Source: Mycolicibacterium smegmatis (GTDB lineage Bacteria > Actinomycetota > Actinomycetes > Mycobacteriales > Mycobacteriaceae). Taken from it: a stretch of 32,000 bases of DNA. The stretch's first letter is position 1. The number at the start of each line of letters is the position of its first letter. The notes beneath the pieces were generated by a model that was not told the DNA's origin, did no database searches, and saw only the letters and a program-made list of their open reading frames with translations. The stretch spans positions 1,200,001 through 1,232,000 of the forward strand of contig NZ_LN831039.1 of NCBI RefSeq assembly GCF_001457595.1, read 5' to 3'. Position numbers and translations under genes: made by a program. Of this stretch, positions 26,199 to 32,000 are shown one piece after another.

Positions 26199-27092
26199 TC
26201 AGCCCGACATCCGGTCAGCCAGTGGCACAGCGTGGCTGGTCTTATCCGTCCCAGCGATCAAAAAGTCGCCGCGGAACTCGAACGCTTTGAAGTACTCGTG
26301 GTAGTACCGGTTCACCTGCTCAACCAGCTGGAGGTAATCGAAGATGTACCGCCAGAGGAACGAGACATTCTCCTGCGGTGTCAGCTTCACGATGATGGAG
26401 TCGAACTGGCTGAACATGACGAAGTAGCCACGCTGTTCGATTGCAATGATGTAGTTGATCAGCTCGGAGGATAGATGGCCGGAGAATTCCAGAAGCTCGC
26501 GGTTGAGTTTCCGGGACTTCTCTGACGATCTTAGAAGGGCATCTCGGACCGTGGCCGGCCGTTCTGACCCATCGGAATTCACAATCTTCATCTTTACCTG
26601 CGTATTCAGTGAGATGAGGGAGCAGGTCTCAGCCACGTTCTCGGCGGTACAGCGGCGGCCAGTCGGCGCACCGGCCGCCCCGTTCAACAGCCCCATCAGA
26701 GTCACTGCTTCCGCAACGATCTGATTGACGAGCGGCGACAGGTTCTCGTACACGTTCTGTCGATCTCGACGCAGAGGGAGCCGAACTACCAGCAGATAGA
26801 AGACGAACGCTCCGATATAGGCGATGCCCAAGTCGTAGAGGAGGTCGCCCCATTGAGCGCCCATGTGGAAGATGGGCCGCACCTTTGCGAACACAACGTG
26901 CTGAAGGACCGTGTACACGACGAAGAACCCCAACGCGGCCCAGAGGGACCGATTGAGCCGCCGCTCATGGGAACTCAAATACGCGTAGCGGTTCCAGCTG
27001 CGGTAGGCATCCAGCAACGCCCTGAGCTTCAGTTGGCTCTTTCGCACAAGAGCATCCCCCGACTGCGCGATGTCAAAAGCAGAGAAAGACAC
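26199..27092 (-). CDS. Hypothetical two-TM membrane protein with a cytoplasmic C-terminal domain (cassette gene B, 297 aa)
   Basis: Two hydrophobic helices (LWAALGFFVVYTVLQHVVFA and LLYDLGIAYIGAFVFYLLVV) follow a 48-aa N-terminus and precede a 190-aa soluble domain. Local GC is about 47-57 percent by hand count of 60-nt lines, the lowest of any coding region in the window. Confidence 0.6.
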   Translation of the reverse strand: MSFSAFDIAQSGDALVRKSQLKLRALLDAYRSWNRYAYLSSHERRLNRSLWAALGFFVVYTVLQHVVFAKVRPIFHMGAQWGDLLYDLGIAYIGAFVFYLLVVRLPLRRDRQNVYENLSPLVNQIVAEAVTLMGLLNGAAGAPTGRRCTAENVAETCSLISLNTQVKMKIVNSDGSERPATVRDALLRSSEKSRKLNRELLEFSGHLSSELINYIIAIEQRGYFVMFSQFDSIIVKLTPQENVSFLWRYIFDYLQLVEQVNRYYHEYFKAFEFRGDFLIAGTDKTSHAVPLADRMSG

Positions 27093-27183
27093 CAGCCATT
27101 ACCCAGGCCTGGGGTGAACCCACACCACCAACAGATAAGGCCCCGCTGATGAAGCCGAGGCCGGCGACTGGCCACGGGTCGCC

Positions 27184-27474
27184 CTACCCCTGACCCGACC
27201 CCTGTCCTTCTTCAGCGATCCCAAAAGCCCTCCGCAGGTTATTGGTGAGGGCGAGACGCTGCTCATCGATTCGACTCACAGCGTCGATCAGCTCCATCTG
27301 CGACAGCGTCAACATCGCAATCCAGTCGCTGTAGTACTTCGCTTCGGACTCCACAGACTTTGGGTCGCCGTTCACGAGCCTGTCCCTCATGTGGTCGACC
27401 AAGGCCTGACCGGCCTTAAACCTGTCTGAGACCGTCAAGCCCTCGACCCACTTGAGATTCGGATCATCCACCAC
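27184..27474 (-). CDS. Small hypothetical helical protein (cassette gene A, 96 aa)
   Basis: First ORF of the leftward cassette, ending in a Gly/Ser/Gln tail (EEGQGSGQG). No motif recognised. Confidence 0.5.
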   Translation of the reverse strand: MVDDPNLKWVEGLTVSDRFKAGQALVDHMRDRLVNGDPKSVESEAKYYSDWIAMLTLSQMELIDAVSRIDEQRLALTNNLRRAFGIAEEGQGSGQG

Positions 27475-27702
27475 AATTTCCCCCTTCAGCGGGTGTTTCC
27501 GTACCGACCAATGTAAGACGCCGCACCCCCCCGCGTCGGCGGAATCGGCGCACTCCCTGACCCGGCAGCTGTGCCGACCCTTGCGAAAGCACCCTGGGGA
27601 CTACCCCCTCCCCCCGGTGCCCGACTCGCCCCGGCCGATATAGCGGCTCTGACAGTGGCGAGAATTCGAACCTTTTCCCAATTGCTCGAAAGGCCGTGAA
27701 CG

Positions 27703-28155
27703 ATGCCCGTGAGGGGAGCGAAACCCAAGGACGGCCTGGTCCGACACCACGATAAGCCCGCCCATGAGTGGGTTGAGATCGAGAACGTCCCGTTTGAGAA
27801 GGCCCCGGAGCTTCCGGCCCGTAGCCCCGCCCGTGAGGTTGTTGACGGCGAGGTGGCCGAGGTTCCTCGGCGGTGGCCCGCTGAGGCGGTGCGGAAGTGG
27901 CGGGCTTGGTCCCGGATGCCTCACTGCGTCATGTGGTCGGAGGCTGATTGGGAGTTCGCGTTCGACAGTCTTGAGGTGGCTGCGTCGTTCATTGAGACGC
28001 GGCGGGCGAGCTTGGCGACTGAGCTTCGCAACCGCGAGAAGGTGCTGGGCACGACCGCTGATTTCCGTCGCGATCTCCGCATCCGCTACGTGGACGTGAA
28101 GGCCCCGGCTGCGTTCATGGCGGTGGGGGATGACTTGCACGAGCTGTATGACTGA
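27703..28155 (+). CDS. terS: Terminase small subunit (putative)
   Basis: 150 aa, directly upstream of and overlapping terL. The pattern W..EA...W..W...P....W.E.DW......LE.......... and ...NREKVLG.T...RRDLRI resembles actinophage TerS proteins. The call rests mainly on position and size. Confidence 0.6.
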   Translation: MPVRGAKPKDGLVRHHDKPAHEWVEIENVPFEKAPELPARSPAREVVDGEVAEVPRRWPAEAVRKWRAWSRMPHCVMWSEADWEFAFDSLEVAASFIETRRASLATELRNREKVLGTTADFRRDLRIRYVDVKAPAAFMAVGDDLHELYD

Positions 28156-30961
28156 TCCGCTTGATCTTCCTCCCGGATATTCCATCGAACCGAAGACTGG
28201 TGCGTGGGTCACGTTGCCGTGGCCGGGAACTGACCATCTGCCGCCGAGTTTGGGTCCGCTGCTGATCCGGTGGGCGGAGAACCGGTTGACGGAGGCCGAG
28301 TTTGAGTTGTTTGGCCCTGGGCTGATCGATTACCAGACCGGTGAGGATTGGCGGTTCACCCCTGGGCAGCGTCGTTTCTTGCATCTGTGGTACGCCTACG
28401 ACGAGGACGGCAGGTTTCTGTACCGGTCGGGCGTGAAGCGGGGGGCCAAAGGGCCGATCACTCACACCACTCCGGTGATGACACCGGACGGCTGGGTCAA
28501 GCACGGCGACCTTCGGGTCGGCTCGCGGGTCTACGCGGTCGACGGCTCGATCACCACGGTGACCGACTTGCGCCCCGAGGTCCTGGAGGACACCTACCGG
28601 ATCACGTTCCGCGACGGGGCGACGGTGGAGTGCACCGGATCGCACCGCTGGCCGGTCGATGAGTTCACCGGTGGCCGCAGGCGGGTCCGCCGCATCGTCA
28701 CGGTTGACGAGATGCTGGCCGCTGGCCTGGCCTTCGAGCGTCCGCTGACGACCGGCAGGACCAAGGCGGCCAGGGGCGGTGTGGCTCGGTTTCGTGCGCT
28801 GCCGTCCCCGGCGGTCGAGGGCGGGCACGTCGATTTGGGGATCGACCCCTATGTCCTCGGGTACTGGCTCGGCGACGGCGACTCCGACTGCGCTCGGGTG
28901 ACCGGCAGCACCGAGGACCTTGGTGCGTTCATCAACGAGCTGGATCGACTGGGCATCGCGCACGGCCAGCCCTCGGCGACTCACGGCGACACCCATCGCA
29001 TGGGGATCGGCAGTGGCGCCCAGGCGGCCCTCAGAAGCCTCGGAGTCCTGGGCTACAAGCACATCCCCGCCGAGGTGCTCAGAGCGTCTCTGACACAACG
29101 CTGGTCGGTGCTGCAGGGCCTTGTGGACAGCGACGGGACCGTCTCAGCCAACGGCCAGGTGGAGATCTGCATCCTGGACAACCAGCTCGGCCACGACGTC
29201 TTCGAGCTGGCCGTATCGCTCGGCCTGATGCCGACGAAGACCTACCGCGACGTCACGCTGGGCGGAAAGACCTACGGTCCCTATGTCCGCATCCGTTTCA
29301 CCCCGCAGCCCGGTGAGATCGTCAGCCGCCTTCCGCGAAAGCTGGCACGGTGCAAAACCACTGGTATGGCGATGCCCTTCTCACGGAGCCGCACCATCGT
29401 CTCAATCGAGAAGATCGCCTCAGCACCCGCCCGGTGCCTGACGGTGGCTCACGAGGCGCACCAGTACCTGGTGGGCACTCACAACATCCCGACCTGCAAC
29501 ACCGGGAAAGATCCCATGGCCGCTGCACACGGCAACATTGAACTTGCGGGCCCTTCGCAACTTGTATGGGATAATGAAAAGGGATGCTGGACAGCCGTTC
29601 CCCATCGGATGCCAACGGTTCAGATCGCATCCAACTCTGAAGCCCAGTCGAAGGACACTCTCCGCATTGCGAATGCGATGTGGTCGAATGACGCCAGGGC
29701 GTGGCATGGGTTGGATTGCGGTGAGACCCGCACCATTCTGAAGGGTCGGGGCCGTTTCGAGGTCCTGACGGCTTCTGAGGCGTCTTCTGAGGGTGATCCG
29801 GCGACGTTCATCATCCTCAACGAATCCCACCATATGACAGCGACTTCCGGTGGGCACAAGTTGGCTGCGGTTGCCCGCCGCAACGTGGGCAAATCTCCTC
29901 GGGAGATTCAGGCCCGCTTGGTGGAGTACACGAACGCTCATGCGATGGGGGCGGATTCGACGGCCCAGCAGAGCTTTGAGGCGTGGCAGCAGCAGGTGTC
30001 GGGCGAGTTCCCGAACTTGAAGCAGGACATTTTGTACGACTCGGTTGAGGCCGACCCGAACTTGTCGATCTTCAACAACCAGGACCTGCGGAAGGCCTTG
30101 GAGCAGGCGTACTCGGACGCTCCGTGGGCTGATCTGGACCGCCTGATGGACGAGGTTCGTGATCCTCGCGTTACGGCGGCGGAGTCAATCCGGTTCTACT
30201 TGAACGGCCTGGCCCTGTTGGAGGACTCCTGGGTGGACCCGAGGGCTTGGGACACTCTGTCGCGGCCGGATGAGGTTGTGGCGGACCGGGAACAGATCAC
30301 GATGTTCTTGGACTGTTCGAAGTCTGGTGACGCCACAGGCCTTGTGGGTGTCCGTGTTTCGGATGGCTTCACGTTCGTCTTGGGTGTGTGGCAGCCCCCG
30401 AAGGGCGGCCGGAACCACGGATGGCTCGCTCCCCGTGAAGAGGTTGATGCGGCGGTCCGTGAGGCGTTCGACCGGTACCGGGTGATGTGGTTTGGGGTGG
30501 ACCCGTCACCGGCCACCGACGACGAGACTGAGGCCCTGTACTGGGCGGATCTGGTGGACGCCTGGCACCGCGATTTTCACAACAAGGTGAAGTTGTGGGC
30601 CACGCCGGGACAGGCCACAGGCCACGCCGTGAAGTTCGACATGCGGCTGTCTCAGCCCCGGGCTTATGAGCGGATGAAGGCGTTCACGGAGATGGCCGAG
30701 TTGTGCGCCCAATGGGTGGACGACGAACAGATTTTGATTCACGACGGCAACCCGGCTTTGCGGCTGCACGTCCACAACGCGAGGCGACGCCAGAACAAGT
30801 GGGGTGTCTCGCTCGGCAAGGAGTCCCGCGACTCGAAGAAGCACGTTGACCTGGCCGTCTGCCTGGTGGGTGCCCAGTTGGGTAGGCGATTCATTTTGAA
30901 CAACACGAAAGTCCGCACGGGCGGTGCGGTGAGGAAGAGGAAAGTGTCGGTGCTCAATTGA
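28130..30961 (+). CDS. terL: Terminase large subunit, intein-containing precursor (943 aa; about 594 aa after splicing)
   Basis: The P-loop is split as GVKRGAKG / intein / TGKDPMAAAH. Downstream lie the ATPase motif FIILNESHH and a C-terminal RNaseH-like nuclease region (MFLDCSKSGDATGLVGV, WFGVDPS). ATG 28148 (ATGACTGA overlap with the terS stop) is an alternative start. Confidence 0.9.
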   Translation: MTCTSCMTDPLDLPPGYSIEPKTGAWVTLPWPGTDHLPPSLGPLLIRWAENRLTEAEFELFGPGLIDYQTGEDWRFTPGQRRFLHLWYAYDEDGRFLYRSGVKRGAKGPITHTTPVMTPDGWVKHGDLRVGSRVYAVDGSITTVTDLRPEVLEDTYRITFRDGATVECTGSHRWPVDEFTGGRRRVRRIVTVDEMLAAGLAFERPLTTGRTKAARGGVARFRALPSPAVEGGHVDLGIDPYVLGYWLGDGDSDCARVTGSTEDLGAFINELDRLGIAHGQPSATHGDTHRMGIGSGAQAALRSLGVLGYKHIPAEVLRASLTQRWSVLQGLVDSDGTVSANGQVEICILDNQLGHDVFELAVSLGLMPTKTYRDVTLGGKTYGPYVRIRFTPQPGEIVSRLPRKLARCKTTGMAMPFSRSRTIVSIEKIASAPARCLTVAHEAHQYLVGTHNIPTCNTGKDPMAAAHGNIELAGPSQLVWDNEKGCWTAVPHRMPTVQIASNSEAQSKDTLRIANAMWSNDARAWHGLDCGETRTILKGRGRFEVLTASEASSEGDPATFIILNESHHMTATSGGHKLAAVARRNVGKSPREIQARLVEYTNAHAMGADSTAQQSFEAWQQQVSGEFPNLKQDILYDSVEADPNLSIFNNQDLRKALEQAYSDAPWADLDRLMDEVRDPRVTAAESIRFYLNGLALLEDSWVDPRAWDTLSRPDEVVADREQITMFLDCSKSGDATGLVGVRVSDGFTFVLGVWQPPKGGRNHGWLAPREEVDAAVREAFDRYRVMWFGVDPSPATDDETEALYWADLVDAWHRDFHNKVKLWATPGQATGHAVKFDMRLSQPRAYERMKAFTEMAELCAQWVDDEQILIHDGNPALRLHVHNARRRQNKWGVSLGKESRDSKKHVDLAVCLVGAQLGRRFILNNTKVRTGGAVRKRKVSVLN
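28454..29500 (+). mobile_element. Intein (349 aa) with a LAGLIDADG homing endonuclease domain, class-3 (WCT) features
   Basis: Block A PITHTTPVMTPDGW has Pro at position 1 and no Cys/Ser nucleophile. Block B ECTGSHRW has Trp two residues after His. DOD motifs are YVLGYWLGDGDS and LQGLVDSDGT. Block F is ARCLTVAHEAHQYLV (Cys) and block G is IPTCN, followed by +1 Thr of TGKD. Confidence 0.8.
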
Positions 30962-32000
30962 CGCTTGCGCTCAACATTCCCGGACTGTCCCCGGCTGACC
31001 GTGACACGTTGCACCAGTTGGTGCAGCAGCTGGAGAACAAGCGGGCCCGGAACGCTCTGCGGTCCCAGTATTACGACGGGAAGGCCCTTTTCAAGGATTT
31101 GGGCATCTCGACCCCGCCGAAGTTCCGCAACTTTGAGGCCGTCTTGGGGTGGCCCGCGAAGGCTGTGGATTCGCTGTCTCGCCGCTGCATCCTGGAGGGG
31201 TTTGTCATCCCCGGCCAGTCCTCGCAGGACCTAGGCATCGAGGACATGTGGTTCGACAACGCCTTGGACATCGAGGTGCCGCAGGCCCACGATTCGGCGT
31301 TCATCCACTCCTGTGCGTTCGTGACCACCATCCGTGGCGACGTCCGTTCCGGTGAGCCCGAGGTCCTGATCATGGTCCGGGACGCCTTCAACGCGACCGG
31401 CCTGTGGAACCCGCGTAGGCGTGGCTTCGACGCCGGCCTGTCGATTGTGGAGCGGGACAAAGAGGGGGCCCCGCTGTACATCATCATGTACCTGCCGGAA
31501 AAGGTGCTGATCCTGACCCGCGACTACCTGGGTGGACCGTGGCGGATTGCTCAGCGGCCCAATCCTCTTGGTCGCGTGCCGATGGAGCCGATCACGTACC
31601 GGCCGCGTCTGGGGTATCCGTTCGGGAAGTCCCGGATCACCCGCCCGGTCATGTACATCACGGACGCGGCGATCCGCACCGTGGTCCGCAGCGAGATCGG
31701 TGCCGAGTTCTTCACGGCCCCGCAGCGGTACGGCTTGAACATCCCGGAGGATGCGTTCGCCAATGGTGGCTGGAACGCCCTCATGGGCCGGTTCCTGGCC
31801 CTGGAGCCTCCGTCGCCGGATGAAGAGGTTGACCCGAATTTCAAACCCGAGGTGGGTCAGTTCCCGCAGATGACGATGCAGCCGCATTCGGAACAGCTTC
31901 GCCAGTGGGCTGCCTTGTTCGCGGCGGAGACTTCGATCCCGGTGTCCTCGCTGGGTGTGGTGCAGGACAACCCGTCTTCGGCGGAGGCTTTGTATGCCTC
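30958..32000 (+). CDS. Portal protein (SPP1 gp6-like), 3' end outside the window
   Basis: The frame is open from TTG 30958 (TTGA overlap with the terL stop; GAGGAAGAGGAAAG upstream) to the window end, so it is absent from the ORF track. Translation: LTLALNIPGLSPADRDTLHQLVQQLENKRARNALRSQYYDGKALFKDLGISTPPKFRNFEAVLGWPAKAVDSL..., a typical actinophage portal N-terminus. Confidence 0.75.
   Translation, partial: MTLALNIPGLSPADRDTLHQLVQQLENKRARNALRSQYYDGKALFKDLGISTPPKFRNFEAVLGWPAKAVDSLSRRCILEGFVIPGQSSQDLGIEDMWFDNALDIEVPQAHDSAFIHSCAFVTTIRGDVRSGEPEVLIMVRDAFNATGLWNPRRRGFDAGLSIVERDKEGAPLYIIMYLPEKVLILTRDYLGGPWRIAQRPNPLGRVPMEPITYRPRLGYPFGKSRITRPVMYITDAAIRTVVRSEIGAEFFTAPQRYGLNIPEDAFANGGWNALMGRFLALEPPSPDEEVDPNFKPEVGQFPQMTMQPHSEQLRQWAALFAAETSIPVSSLGVVQDNPSSAEALYA

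Noticed and set aside
30965-31234. 89-aa plus-strand ORF listed after terL, and the minus-strand ORFs at 31071-31887
   Set aside because: The portal reading frame (from TTG 30958) is open to the end of the window and has a typical portal N-terminus. The listed ORFs are alternative-frame artefacts within it.

Overview
This is a high-GC actinobacterial chromosome segment. The IS1096-type element and the mycobacterial-type GlmU sequence suggest Mycolicibacterium/Mycobacterium, but I cannot confirm that without a search. Bases 1-6900 hold ordinary host genes: a partial aldehyde dehydrogenase, a NitT/TauT-type ABC importer with an FMN monooxygenase (organosulfur or organonitrogen scavenging), a decayed MFS transporter pseudogene and yajQ. 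A tRNA-Tyr(GTA) at 6982-7064 marks the left junction of an integrated siphovirus-type prophage that fills the rest of the window (7065 to beyond 32000). The prophage runs: tyrosine integrase, excisionase, a leftward XRE/secreted-protein pair, a leftward HTH/HNH operon and a low-GC divergent control region. A long rightward operon with start/stop-overlapping genes follows, in which sugar-nucleotide and glycosyltransferase genes are interleaved with collagen-like and glycine-rich fibre genes. Next comes an HNH endonuclease gene split by an IS1096-like ISL3 element with an 8-bp target duplication. After that lies an accessory island: a Cys-rich moron, a GlmU-like gene and a reverse-oriented, lower-GC four-gene cassette encoding membrane proteins of unknown function. 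The window ends with terS, a terL interrupted in its P-loop by a class-3-type intein carrying a LAGLIDADG endonuclease, and the start of the portal gene. The two best candidates for something undescribed are the phage-borne UDP-GlcNAc/glycosyltransferase module wrapped around collagen-like genes, and the reverse four-gene cassette between HNH and cos/terS. All functional calls come from motif recognition by eye; no database search was possible.
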